DNA from: Oscillospiraceae bacterium
GTDB taxonomy: Bacteria > Bacillota > Clostridia > Oscillospirales > Ruminococcaceae
Direction: 5' to 3'
Assembly: GCA_017436765.1 (NCBI GenBank)
Contig: JAFSCM010000079.1
Span: forward strand, 1-44,207
DNA length: 44,207 bases
How positions within the stretch are numbered: the stretch's first letter is position 1; the number at the start of each line of letters is the position of its first letter. Shown here one piece after another: positions 1-9,333 of this stretch. The notes under the pieces were generated by a model. That model ran no database searches. It worked only from the letters and a program-made list of their open reading frames with translations, and had not been told where the DNA came from. The position numbers were made by a program, and so were the translations under genes.

Positions 1-183
1 GGCACCGATATTGTGGAGGCACGGAAAGCTGTTGTAAAGGCAAGACTTAAACTTAATATAGTAAATGTGGAAAATCCGGAACCTGCAGGAACTGTTGTAT
101 GGCAGAATCATGGAGAGGGTGCACAGCTGCCTGTGGGTACACCTGTGGAAATTCATGTAAGTGTTGGCCCGGATGAAGACTGA
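1..183 (+). CDS. C-terminal fragment of a PASTA-domain protein (PrkC/Stk1-type Ser/Thr kinase), 5' end outside the window
   Basis: Frame 1 is open from base 1 to TGA at 181-183. The translation ...TVVWQNHGEGAQLPVGTPVEIHVSVGPDED fits the end of a PASTA repeat. rsgA follows directly, as in the conserved Firmicute prkC-rsgA arrangement. Confidence 0.6.
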   Translation, partial: GTDIVEARKAVVKARLKLNIVNVENPEPAGTVVWQNHGEGAQLPVGTPVEIHVSVGPDED

Positions 184-212
184 ATCTCATAAATAGTAAA
201 GAGAAATACTGA

Positions 213-1091
213 ATGAAAAATAATATTGTTTTAAAAAGCATAGGCGGTTTTTATTATATTAAAACCGAAGATGGAACAGTAATAGAATGTAAGGCAAAGG
301 GCAAGTTCAGAAAGCTTGCCCTTTCTCCGCTTGCAGGAGATGTGGTGGAAACCGAATATGAACAGGGCACAAATGTGATTACAAAGATCCATCAGAGAAA
401 AAATCAGTTTGTGCGTCCTCCTTTTGCAAACCTGGACCTGCTGATTATGGTTATCGCCACCACAGAACCCAGCCCGAACTATTTTGTTATAGATAAAATG
501 TGTGCAATAGCACAGCACAAAAATGCAGAGGTGGCAATTGCAGTCACAAAGGCTGACCTTGCCCATTGTGAAGAAATAAAGGAAATATATACAAAAGCAG
601 GATACAAAGTTTTTGTTACGGGCGAAGGCCACACAGACCAGCTTGAAGCACTGAAAGAAACAATGAGAGGCAAAATATGTGCATTTGCAGGCAACTCCGG
701 TGTGGGCAAAAGCGCATTGCTTAACCGCCTTTTCCCTGACCTTCAGCTGGAGACAAATGCAATAAGCCAGAAACTCGGGCGCGGCAAACATACCACCCGT
801 CAGGTGGAAATTTTTGATATGGGCGACTGTATGGTGGCAGATACCCCAGGTTTTTCCTCCATTGAACTGGACAGGGATAACTTTATCTCAAAATATGACC
901 TGCCTCACGCATTTGTGGAGTTTGAACCCTATCTCGATAAATGCCGTTTTGCAGACTGCAGCCATACATCGGAAATTGGCTGCTGTATAAAACAGGCGGT
1001 GGAAGACGGGGAAATATCACAGTCCCGCTACGACAGCTATGCGGCTATGTATGACAGACAGAAAAATGTAAAAGACTGGGAAATCAAATAA
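213..1091 (+). CDS. rsgA: Ribosome small-subunit-dependent GTPase A
   Basis: 292 aa ORF with an OB-fold N-terminus (GGFYYIKTEDG), circularly permuted GTPase motifs (TKADL ... GNSGVGKSALLN ... DTPGF) and a C-terminal Zn-finger cysteine cluster (CRFADCSHTSEIGC). The TAATG overlap couples it to the next gene. Confidence 0.95.
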   Translation: MKNNIVLKSIGGFYYIKTEDGTVIECKAKGKFRKLALSPLAGDVVETEYEQGTNVITKIHQRKNQFVRPPFANLDLLIMVIATTEPSPNYFVIDKMCAIAQHKNAEVAIAVTKADLAHCEEIKEIYTKAGYKVFVTGEGHTDQLEALKETMRGKICAFAGNSGVGKSALLNRLFPDLQLETNAISQKLGRGKHTTRQVEIFDMGDCMVADTPGFSSIELDRDNFISKYDLPHAFVEFEPYLDKCRFADCSHTSEIGCCIKQAVEDGEISQSRYDSYAAMYDRQKNVKDWEIK

Positions 1092-1714
1092 TGAAAAGAT
1101 GTATTGTTATAGGCAGTATGCCTGTTGAATTTGATTTGAATAGTATTATCTGCGGGGAAGATTTTATTGTATGTGCAGACCGCGGTTATGTAAATGCACA
1201 GCTGCAGGGAATAACACCTAATGTTATTGTGGGGGATTTTGATTCTGCCCCTCCGCCTGAAAACACAAGGGCAGAGGTTATAACACTGCCATGTGAAAAG
1301 GATGATACAGACAGCTATTATATTGCCCGTCAGATTGTAAAGGACGGATATACCCACGCAGTATTCTGCGGTGTTACAGGCGGCAGACCTGACCACACCT
1401 TTGCCAATATACAGATGCTTAAGTTTCTGGCAAAAAACGGTGTTGATGCAAAGATTATTGACAAAGACAGCACATACAGTGTTCTAACTGACGGAACAAC
1501 CACACTGAACCCGCTGGAAAACAGCTATTTTTCCATCTTTGCCCTTGACGAAAAATGTATCGGGGTAAGCTAAAAAGGCGGAACATACCAGCTTTCCGAC
1601 GTGGAGCTGACCAATGATTTTCCTGTGGGAGTAAGCAACGAATTTGCAGGAAAACCTGTTGAAATTACAGTGAAAAAAGGTGCACTGCTTATAATCACAA
1701 CAAGAAAGGACTGA
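1091..1714 (+). pseudogene. thiN: Thiamine pyrophosphokinase interrupted by one in-frame TAA (codon 161, nt 1571-1573)
   Basis: The 160 aa ORF (1091-1573) carries the TPK catalytic domain (VGDFDS, KDDTDS). The same frame continues after the TAA as KGGTYQLSDVELTNDFPVGVSNEF...ITTRKD* to TGA 1712-1714, which is the thiamin-binding C-terminal domain. The combined length of about 207 aa equals a normal TPK. Confidence 0.8.
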
Positions 1715-1718
1715 GGTT

Positions 1719-3008
1719 ATGATAAAAATAAAATGGCTTGGCCACGCCTGCTATAAAATCTGGTTTGATGATATCCAGTGTGTTATCGATCCTTTTGAAG
1801 ATGACTATGTACCGGGATACCGCAATATTGATACCTCTGCAGATATAATCCTTGCAAGTCATCAGCACAGTGACCATTACGGTATGGACAAAGTCCGCCA
1901 GCTGCTGCGTATGGTGCATGGCGTAGAGGTGAAAAAGGTGGAAACCTGCCACGATGAAAATGGCGGCAGCCTCCGCGGCAAAAACACAGTGCATATCCTT
2001 GGTTACGATGGTATAAAAATTGCTCATTTCGGTGATATCGGCCATGTTCTCACAGAAGAACAGGTTAAAGAAATCGGAAATGTTGATGTTGCACTTATAC
2101 CAATCGGCGGCACATATACAGTCCGTGCAGATGAGGCAAAAATCATCTGTCAGCAGGTAAATGCAAAGGTTATTATCCCTATGCACTACCGCTGCGGCTC
2201 CCTTGGCTATGAGGTGCTGGAAACTACCGAAAACTTTGAAGCACTTTTTGACAATGTTAAACATTATGACAGCGACGAATATATTATAGATGGTGAAATT
2301 ATGAGCGAAACAGCAATACTTACATATAAAGACTGCCCAGACCTTACAGATAACGAAATTTTAAGCCGTGTTGACCACACATTGCTTAAAGCAGATGCTA
2401 AAAAAGAAGATATTCTTCGCATCTGTAATGAAGCACTTGAGAACAACACAGCATCCATCTGCATTAATCCAAGTTATATTGAATATGCAGTAAGTGTGCT
2501 TGGTGACAAAATCCCAGTATGTACAGTTATCGGCTTCCCTTTGGGTGCGATGACAACAGCTGCAAAGGTGTTCGAAGCAAAGGATGCTATCGAAAAAGGT
2601 GCAAAGGAAGTTGATATGGTTATCAATATCGCCAAGGCAAAGGACGGCGATTTTGCATATATCGAAGATGAAATCCGTCAGATAAAAGCTGCAGTAGGCG
2701 ACCATATCCTCAAGGTTATCATCGAAACCTGTTTGCTTACAGATGACGAAAAAATTGCACTGTGCAGATGTGTTGTAAATGCAGGTGCAGACTTTATCAA
2801 AACATCCACAGGCTTTTCTACAGGCGGCGCAACTTTCCACGATGTTGAACTGTTTGCAAAATATACAGAAGGCAAATGTAAAATAAAAGCTGCAGGCGGT
2901 ATAAGAACAAGACAGGATATGGAAAAATTCATATACCTTGGTGCAGACCGTCTTGGTACATCATCCGCTATCAAAATTCTCAAAAACGAAAAAACAAGCG
3001 GATATTAA
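1719..3008 (+). CDS. deoC: Fusion protein: N-terminal MBL-fold metal-dependent hydrolase (UPF0173-like) and C-terminal deoxyribose-phosphate aldolase
   Basis: 429 aa continuous ORF with an RBS (AGGACTGAGG). Residues 1 to about 205 carry MBL motifs (WLGHACY, ASHQHSDH, HFGDIGH). Residues from about 215 to the end match DeoC (VDHTLLK, CINP, FIKTSTGF, KIKAAGGIRT). Confidence 0.9.
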   Translation: MIKIKWLGHACYKIWFDDIQCVIDPFEDDYVPGYRNIDTSADIILASHQHSDHYGMDKVRQLLRMVHGVEVKKVETCHDENGGSLRGKNTVHILGYDGIKIAHFGDIGHVLTEEQVKEIGNVDVALIPIGGTYTVRADEAKIICQQVNAKVIIPMHYRCGSLGYEVLETTENFEALFDNVKHYDSDEYIIDGEIMSETAILTYKDCPDLTDNEILSRVDHTLLKADAKKEDILRICNEALENNTASICINPSYIEYAVSVLGDKIPVCTVIGFPLGAMTTAAKVFEAKDAIEKGAKEVDMVINIAKAKDGDFAYIEDEIRQIKAAVGDHILKVIIETCLLTDDEKIALCRCVVNAGADFIKTSTGFSTGGATFHDVELFAKYTEGKCKIKAAGGIRTRQDMEKFIYLGADRLGTSSAIKILKNEKTSGY

Positions 3009-3033
3009 TGCTTTAAATTTAATAATGAAAACT

Positions 3034-3066
3034 AAAGGCTATCGGTTTATTCCGATAGCCTTTTTA
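3034..3066. terminator. Bidirectional rho-independent terminator between convergent genes
   Basis: Perfect hairpin AAAGGCTATCGG-tttatt-CCGATAGCCTTT, flanked by an A-run and a T-run. Confidence 0.8.
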
Positions 3067-3091
3067 TGTATACTTATTATTTGTTATTTGT

Positions 3092-5554
3092 TCAGCGGTA
3101 GTCAGTGTATATACAATCACCGCTTATGATATTTACAGCGATTTCATACTGTTTGCCATATTCATTTTCAGATACCAGCAAAACGGTATTTGCATCTGTA
3201 ATTTGTATAGATGGACCGGTGAAAAAGTTTTTATATGTTTCCACATATTTGCCCGTATCAATTGTTTTTATTACAACTGCATTTGTATCTGTTATTGCAA
3301 GCTTGTAGGTGTCACCGATAATGGCATTTTTCTCGGACTGTGCTCTGAAATTGGTTTCATCGGCGGGATTGTGTGTTGCAGTACTGTCAAAATATGTGAA
3401 GATATACGAGCCATCATCACATTTTACAATATTGCTTAAAGTCAGGTTTTCGCCAAAACTGAATTTATCTGACAGTTTAAATAAACAGTCACCGTTCAGA
3501 TTGAAAATCCGGTAGTCTTTGTAATCCTTGGTATAGATATTTCCATCGGGCAGAAAGCCGCAGTCGGTACTTTGACCAAGACATATTGTTTCGCAGGTTG
3601 TGTTGTCCAGAAGAACAGCAGAGAACACATAATAACCGGAAGATACATTATAAAGTGAATATCTGCCGTCTGCGCTGACAGCATCGGCTTTTCTGGCGTA
3701 TTCAGCAGGTTTTAATGTTATAAAGCCCTGAGTATCAAAATTCAGAACTCCTTTGGTAAAAACTTCGCCGTTTTCACGGCTGTTCACCTCAATATTAAGC
3801 TGATTGCCGGAAAGGTACATACTTACATTTCTGAAATATCTGTAATATCCGTTGTCGCCGCAGAGCACAGGGCAGCCTGTGTCGATGCTGTCCTGCAGAA
3901 CCCCGTTTTTGTCCATAAAACCAATCTGATAGTTGGCTGTCATCACGGTTTCGGTATCATCTGTGTAGATGTTGGTGCCAGGCGTTGAGTATACTTCGCT
4001 GAAAACGAGTATAAAGGATAAATTCTCTGGGTCACGGCGTATAGCGTGCAGATATCTTGCGGAGATATTTTCCCCGTTTATTTCGCCAAGACTTAACCTG
4101 TCGGTAAGGCGGAATTTGGGTTCGCTGCTCTCCATTCCTTTTTCGTATATATCAAATCTGTCAAAGTTAAAGTGATATACATCTCCGTTGGAGAAAAATC
4201 CCCATTCATCATTTACACTGTCTTTACTGTTGCCTATATCAACAGCACCTATGCCTTTCTGATTGCCGCTTATGCGGTTATGGAATATAACCTCACGGCG
4301 CAGAATTTCGATCTCTGTACCGCCGCTTTTTTCACCGTAGTAAAGAGCGTAGTTTTTATCCTTGCTTTCGGCAAGCAGTTCCATATCTGAACCGGCTACA
4401 GCAGCAGAAGTGCTGCGGGAAAAGTCATAGGGACTGCGGCTTTCATCAGGAGTGAACACATATTCACCATAGTTGCCGTTGCAGGTTACATGATTTATAG
4501 AGAACAGCAGGTCCCAGTTGCCTGTGTATGCAGGATGATATGTGCAGTTTATAAATTCTGTATTTCGTTCATCAGCAAAAGCAAACATACCGCCTACGCT
4601 GTGTGCAGGGTCAAGTATAATCAGTTCTGTCTGTGCGTGGCAGTTTTCATATACACCACTGCTGAGCATACCGCCAAAGCCGCCAACATTCCATATATCT
4701 TCCTTGTTGGCGCTTGGAATATATGCGGTCATACTGCCAAAGGATGCGCAGTCCTTAAAGTGCAAATCGTCGCCCGACTCTATATAGCCTACAAACCCTG
4801 CTGTATACCAGCAGCCGCTGATATCTACATCGGCAGTGCAGTTGTACACTTTGGCATCTTCGCCGGCACGGCCAACAAAACCGCCGCCGCAGCTGATGGT
4901 GTCAATCTTTCCGCTTACATGACAATTTTCTGCATAGCCTGCAAAATAGCCTGCCATGCCGCCACAGTTTGCACTGTGCCACGGATTTGCACCGATGCCG
5001 TTTATGGTGATGTTTTCAATATTAAGGTTTTTAACCACACCACCGTCCGATACAGCAGCAAAAAAGCCAAGACAGCCATATCCATTTTTGCCCTGAGCAT
5101 TTCCTCTGTAATTGAGAGTGAGATTTTTTACAGTATGCCCCTGACCGTCAAAGGTGGCGATAAAACCTGTACTTTTGCGGTTTGGTGCAGAGTAGGATAT
5201 GTCTGGGTAGCCTTCAACAGGGTCAGGCTCGTAAGGGGGCAGCATACCTATAGGTACAAAATCCTCCACTGTGCTCATATCAATATCATCGGTAAGAACA
5301 TACAGATAGTTCTTATAACCTTCTGTATTATGTCCGTAATCACGGGACATTGCCGCAAGTTCTTCTGCTGTGGATATTTCTATTATCTTTTCGTAAACAG
5401 GTTCAGCAGGCACAGCTGCTGAAGGCTGCGGAGTGTTCTGTGCAGACGGTGAAGACTGTATTTCAGGCTGATTGTTTTCTGCTGCACTGTTTTTGCAGGC
5501 AGTAAAGCTGAAAAGCATAATAAAGGACAGAATAAATGCAGATATTCTTCTCAT
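3092..5554 (-). CDS. Large surface lipoprotein with a GLUG-like repeat region, function unknown
   Basis: 820 aa ORF with a strong RBS (AAAGGAGGA) and a lipoprotein signal peptide with lipobox (MRRISAFILSFIMLFSFTAC). A low-complexity linker follows, then repeated G-rich GxxGG/GGFxG segments typical of GLUG-motif surface proteins. The C-terminal roughly 450 aa is unassigned. Confidence 0.8.
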   Translation of the reverse strand: MRRISAFILSFIMLFSFTACKNSAAENNQPEIQSSPSAQNTPQPSAAVPAEPVYEKIIEISTAEELAAMSRDYGHNTEGYKNYLYVLTDDIDMSTVEDFVPIGMLPPYEPDPVEGYPDISYSAPNRKSTGFIATFDGQGHTVKNLTLNYRGNAQGKNGYGCLGFFAAVSDGGVVKNLNIENITINGIGANPWHSANCGGMAGYFAGYAENCHVSGKIDTISCGGGFVGRAGEDAKVYNCTADVDISGCWYTAGFVGYIESGDDLHFKDCASFGSMTAYIPSANKEDIWNVGGFGGMLSSGVYENCHAQTELIILDPAHSVGGMFAFADERNTEFINCTYHPAYTGNWDLLFSINHVTCNGNYGEYVFTPDESRSPYDFSRSTSAAVAGSDMELLAESKDKNYALYYGEKSGGTEIEILRREVIFHNRISGNQKGIGAVDIGNSKDSVNDEWGFFSNGDVYHFNFDRFDIYEKGMESSEPKFRLTDRLSLGEINGENISARYLHAIRRDPENLSFILVFSEVYSTPGTNIYTDDTETVMTANYQIGFMDKNGVLQDSIDTGCPVLCGDNGYYRYFRNVSMYLSGNQLNIEVNSRENGEVFTKGVLNFDTQGFITLKPAEYARKADAVSADGRYSLYNVSSGYYVFSAVLLDNTTCETICLGQSTDCGFLPDGNIYTKDYKDYRIFNLNGDCLFKLSDKFSFGENLTLSNIVKCDDGSYIFTYFDSTATHNPADETNFRAQSEKNAIIGDTYKLAITDTNAVVIKTIDTGKYVETYKNFFTGPSIQITDANTVLLVSENEYGKQYEIAVNIISGDCIYTDYR

Positions 5555-5565
5555 AAATCCTCCTT

Positions 5566-6417
5566 TTATCGGTTATCCATATCAACAATTTCAAGTTCAG
5601 AGGTATCATACATCACCTGTGCGTGATTGGTTTTGATAAGCCGTTTCTCAATTATATTGCCTGTTTCTTTGTCAACGATACTGCGGTAAACCTTGCCGTT
5701 GCGGTAAACAACACCATTTTCACGGGAGAAAAACTCATCTTCTGCTTTTATGTGATAGCTGTATTCCAATGGCTTTGTTGTTCTCAGCTCACCGCACAGA
5801 TACTCGTCGGCAGTGTATACAATAAGCTGGAAATGCCTGTCGGTATTGTTTTTAAAGCGATAATCCTTGTAGTTGTACAGTATGCTTGTCCCTGTGCCAA
5901 AGGGTACAACGCGGTTAAAATCGGGGAACAGGTCCACACCGTCGTGATGATGGTGTTCCACAATATCCAGTGGGGAATGAAGTATCATCCAGTGGATAAG
6001 ATTTGTAAACTGGCACATACCGCCGCCGATATCCCTGCTTGGTTTGCCGCCTGCAATAGTCAGCCCTGTTTTATAGCCGTTTCTTTCACTGGGGTTTCCC
6101 ACAAGCTGCCAGAAAGAAAAGGTTTCACCGGGACGGATGACAATATCTGTTACTTTTGGTGCGGCAATGGAAAGGTTTACTGCCTTGTTTTCCTGCAGCT
6201 GCAGGTCTACATTGCCCAATCTGCGGCGTATAAGGGAGTTGTGCTTATAAACCACAACAGGCAGCGGTTCCCTGCATCTGGATTTTGCAAAGGTTTCTGC
6301 GGATATTTCATCCTTAAGAAAACGCACAAATCGGCATTTTGCTGTGGATATCTTATAGGTAAGCGGTGAAATCTCACAAAAAAGTTTTCTTTTGTTTGTA
6401 TCGGGTTGTATGCTCAT
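5566..6417 (-). CDS. VanW-family protein
   Basis: 283 aa ORF. The motif region GETFSFW...GYK...GGGMCQFTNLIHW resembles the VanW domain. It lies 11 nt upstream of the lipoprotein gene on the same strand. Confidence 0.7.
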   Translation of the reverse strand: MSIQPDTNKRKLFCEISPLTYKISTAKCRFVRFLKDEISAETFAKSRCREPLPVVVYKHNSLIRRRLGNVDLQLQENKAVNLSIAAPKVTDIVIRPGETFSFWQLVGNPSERNGYKTGLTIAGGKPSRDIGGGMCQFTNLIHWMILHSPLDIVEHHHHDGVDLFPDFNRVVPFGTGTSILYNYKDYRFKNNTDRHFQLIVYTADEYLCGELRTTKPLEYSYHIKAEDEFFSRENGVVYRNGKVYRSIVDKETGNIIEKRLIKTNHAQVMYDTSELEIVDMDNR

Positions 6418-6552
6418 CTGATTTGCCTTTATGAATATTAAGTAATAAGTTTAAAATGTTAATATATTTAATTATAAAATAGCATTTTAATGCCTGATTT
6501 TCAATATAAAGGCGCAACTGCAGGCCTAACTGTAATTGTTTTGTAAAGTGTG

Positions 6553-6592
6553 TAAAAAATCCCGTCCTCACCAGATGTGAGAACGGGATTTT
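6553..6592 (-). terminator. Rho-independent terminator of the cyuA-transporter operon
   Basis: Minus strand reads AAAATCCCGTTCTCAC-atctg-GTGAGGACGGGATTTTTT, located 30 nt after the transporter stop. Confidence 0.8.
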
Positions 6593-6622
6593 AATGTTGG
6601 TTTTAAATTGACAAATCAGATA

Positions 6623-7810
6623 TTACAGATCAATAGAGATGTTCTGTTTTTCGATATTGTGTTTTTCAGCATAACCTGTGAGCATAAGTGTAAGGGCACC
6701 GTCACCTGTTACATTACATGCTGTACCGAAGCTGTCCTGAATTGCAAAGATAGCAAGCATAAGTGCAAGACCTTCGCCTGTGAAGCCGAGAACGCCTTCG
6801 ATAAGACCCAGGGAAGCCATAACTGTACCGCCAGGAACGCCAGGAGCACCGATTGCAAAGATAGCAAGCAGAGCACAGAAGAGAATCATTGTGCCAACTG
6901 GTGGAAGTTCACCGTAAAGAACTTTGGAAACAATCATAACAAAGAATGTTTCTGTAAGAACGGAACCGCAGAGGTGAATGTTTGCGAAGAGAGGAATACC
7001 GAATTCTACCATGTCTTCACGGAGAACAGAGGATTTCTGAGCGCCTTTGAGTGCAACAGCAAGTGTTGCAGCGGAGGACATTGTACCGATAGCTGTAAGG
7101 TATGCAGGACCGTAGTGTTTGAGAACTTCCATTGGTTTTTTGCCGCTGTAAACACCTGCAACAATGTAAAGCACTGCAAGCCAGATGTAGTGGCCAATGA
7201 TAACGATAAGAACAGCACTTACAAAGATTGGAAGCTGTTTTGTGATTGTACCGTCGTATGCAAGAGTGGAGAATGTGAAGCAGATGTAGAATGGGAGCAG
7301 AGGAATTACAACTTTGGAAACAATTTCGAGAACCATTTTCTGGAATTCATCGAGAAAAGCTGTAAATACTTTTGCTTTTGTCCATACTGCAGCAAGACCA
7401 AGAAGAACAGCGAGAGCGAGAGCACTCATAACGCCCATAATCTGTGGAATTGCAAGGCCGAATACGTCAGCTGGCAGTTCTCTCAGGGCTTCAGCCTGGC
7501 TTGCGAATGGAAGGTTAGGGATGATTGCATAACCTGTACCCATGGAAAGGAAAGCAGCAAGAACAGATGAAACATAAGCAAGCACAAGAGCTACGCCAAG
7601 CATTCTTGTTGCATTGCTGCCAAGCTTTGTGATGGAAGGTGCAATAAAGCCGATAACAATAAGTGGAACAACAAACTGGATAACCTGACCGAGAATGTTT
7701 TTGATTGGAACAATCACAGTCATAACGCTTTCAGGCACTACAAGGCCCAGTACAACACCGATAGCGATACCGATGAGCAGTTTAGCAGGTAAACTTTTTA
7801 AAATTTTCAT
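6623..7810 (-). CDS. Dicarboxylate/amino acid:cation symporter (DAACS family, SstT-like)
   Basis: 395 aa polytopic membrane ORF with RBS AAAGGAG. The overall pattern (N-terminal MKILKSLPAKLLIGIAIGVVLG, later AIGAPGVPGG and NVTGDGA motifs) is typical of sodium:dicarboxylate/serine-threonine symporters. Confidence 0.85.
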   Translation of the reverse strand: MKILKSLPAKLLIGIAIGVVLGLVVPESVMTVIVPIKNILGQVIQFVVPLIVIGFIAPSITKLGSNATRMLGVALVLAYVSSVLAAFLSMGTGYAIIPNLPFASQAEALRELPADVFGLAIPQIMGVMSALALAVLLGLAAVWTKAKVFTAFLDEFQKMVLEIVSKVVIPLLPFYICFTFSTLAYDGTITKQLPIFVSAVLIVIIGHYIWLAVLYIVAGVYSGKKPMEVLKHYGPAYLTAIGTMSSAATLAVALKGAQKSSVLREDMVEFGIPLFANIHLCGSVLTETFFVMIVSKVLYGELPPVGTMILFCALLAIFAIGAPGVPGGTVMASLGLIEGVLGFTGEGLALMLAIFAIQDSFGTACNVTGDGALTLMLTGYAEKHNIEKQNISIDL

Positions 7811-7883
7811 AAATATACTTCTCCTTTATTCAATAAATTCTTTTAATAAATATATAAAAATATTAAAAGAAAATATTACATTA

Positions 7884-9161
7884 TTATTTGCCGATCATAA
7901 TTTTTATGATTTCTTCGTTGGTTTCCTTCATACCCTGACGGGCAAGACGGCCAACATTTTTTATGGTATGTTCTGCAGTGTCGCCTACAATACCGTCATC
8001 AGGCTGTAAATCCTGACCCATAAGATGCATACGGTAGCCAAGGATGCCTGCTTCAACAGCAGTTGCAATTTTGCTTGCACAGCTTGCCTTTGCACCGTCA
8101 CAAACCATACCGCCGGTTGTGCAGATTGCATTTACAACAGTGTGACCGATAGCATCAACATCACCGCCCAGCAGATATGCAATACCTGCGCCGGCACCTG
8201 CGCCTGCGCTTACAGCGCCGCAGAATGCAGAAAGACGGCCTATTGGTGTTTTCTGATGGATTGTAACAAGGTTTGCAAGAACAAGTGCTCTGTACATTTT
8301 TTCCTTGCCAACATTCAGCTCTTTTGCATATTCAATAACAGGAAGGCTGGTTGTAAGGCCCTGGTTGCCGCTGCCGCTGTTGATAACAACAGGCATTTCA
8401 CAGCCGCACATTCTTGCGTCAGAACCTGCAGCAGCCATTGCTTTTGCACGGACAAGGATATCGCTGCCGTATGTGTTGATAAGAACTTTACCGATGTTGG
8501 AGCCCCAGTCGCCGCGCATACCTTCTTCTGCAATAGCAGTGTTGTATGCAATCTGACGGCCGATAACATCTTCAATATCAGCAATATCAACAGTTTCTGC
8601 AAAATCGTAGATTTCTTCCAGAGAAAGCAGGGAGTGGTCTGTAAGACCGCTTTCATCTTCACCTTCAACTTCAATGCTGAGCAGAACTTCACCGTTCTTT
8701 TCAATATGTACAATATTGGTGTGGTAGTTTACAATACGCACCTTTGCATATTCGTCACCGCTGTAAACTGTAACGATAATGTCAAATGTCATACCGTTAT
8801 GGAAGTGGTGTACCTCGATAGGAACATTTTCCATAAATGTTCTCATACCTGCAATTTCTTCAGGTGTTACTTCGCTGATAACTTCCAGCATCTTTTCGCT
8901 TTTGCCTGCAACAATACCTGCAGTTGCAGCAGCAGGAATACCTTTAAGCCCGTTGGTATTTGGAACGATAACACTTTTAACATTTTTTATGATACTTCCG
9001 CTTGCGCCGATTACAACGCGGTCAGGCTGTGCGCCGAGAACTTCTTTTGCCTTTGCTGCACAGAATGCCAGTGCAATCGGCTCGGTACAGCCCATAGCAG
9101 GAACCAGTTCTTCCTTCAGAATCTGAACGAAAGAAGCGTATTTAACGTCATCTTTTTTCAT
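7884..9161 (-). CDS. cyuA: L-cysteine desulfidase (UPF0597/YhaM-CyuA family)
   Basis: 425 aa ORF with RBS GAAAGGAG. The N-terminal signature is ELVPAMGCTEPIALAFCAAKA, with serine-dehydratase-alpha-like glycine-rich segments (NSGSGNQG, GAGAGAGIAY). Confidence 0.8.
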   Translation of the reverse strand: MKKDDVKYASFVQILKEELVPAMGCTEPIALAFCAAKAKEVLGAQPDRVVIGASGSIIKNVKSVIVPNTNGLKGIPAAATAGIVAGKSEKMLEVISEVTPEEIAGMRTFMENVPIEVHHFHNGMTFDIIVTVYSGDEYAKVRIVNYHTNIVHIEKNGEVLLSIEVEGEDESGLTDHSLLSLEEIYDFAETVDIADIEDVIGRQIAYNTAIAEEGMRGDWGSNIGKVLINTYGSDILVRAKAMAAAGSDARMCGCEMPVVINSGSGNQGLTTSLPVIEYAKELNVGKEKMYRALVLANLVTIHQKTPIGRLSAFCGAVSAGAGAGAGIAYLLGGDVDAIGHTVVNAICTTGGMVCDGAKASCASKIATAVEAGILGYRMHLMGQDLQPDDGIVGDTAEHTIKNVGRLARQGMKETNEEIIKIMIGK

Positions 9162-9276
9162 CTGAACTATCTCCTTTCAATACTTTTAACAACATATATC
9201 AAATATATATTTATTTAAGTATAATAATATATTATTTCAAGTAAAAAGTAAATGTTTTTATATATCATAGTTATAT

Positions 9277-9313
9277 AAAAAACAACAAGCACTTTATGTC
9301 TGAAAGTGCTTGC
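9277..9313 (-). terminator. Rho-independent terminator after the NifX-like gene
   Basis: Minus strand reads CAAGCACTTT-cagacat-AAAGTGCTTG followed by TTGTTTTTT. Confidence 0.75.
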
Positions 9314-9333
9314 TGTAAATCTGTTGATATTGA

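Noticed and set aside
1571-1573. Alternative genetic code (TAA read as sense)
   Set aside because: Many clearly complete genes in the window end in TAA at the expected length, including rsgA, the response regulator, nfnA, padR and trkA. The in-frame TAA in thiN is therefore a local event.
6608-7570. 320-aa Cys-rich ORF on the plus strand, with similar long ORFs at 8025-9218, 4490-5422, 37120-38139, 25678-26310, 26409-26975 and 27527-28087
   Set aside because: All lie fully antisense to well-supported genes with clear family motifs. They lack RBSs, and their odd composition (very Cys/Phe/Asn-rich) is typical of shadow ORFs created by the codon bias of the real gene.
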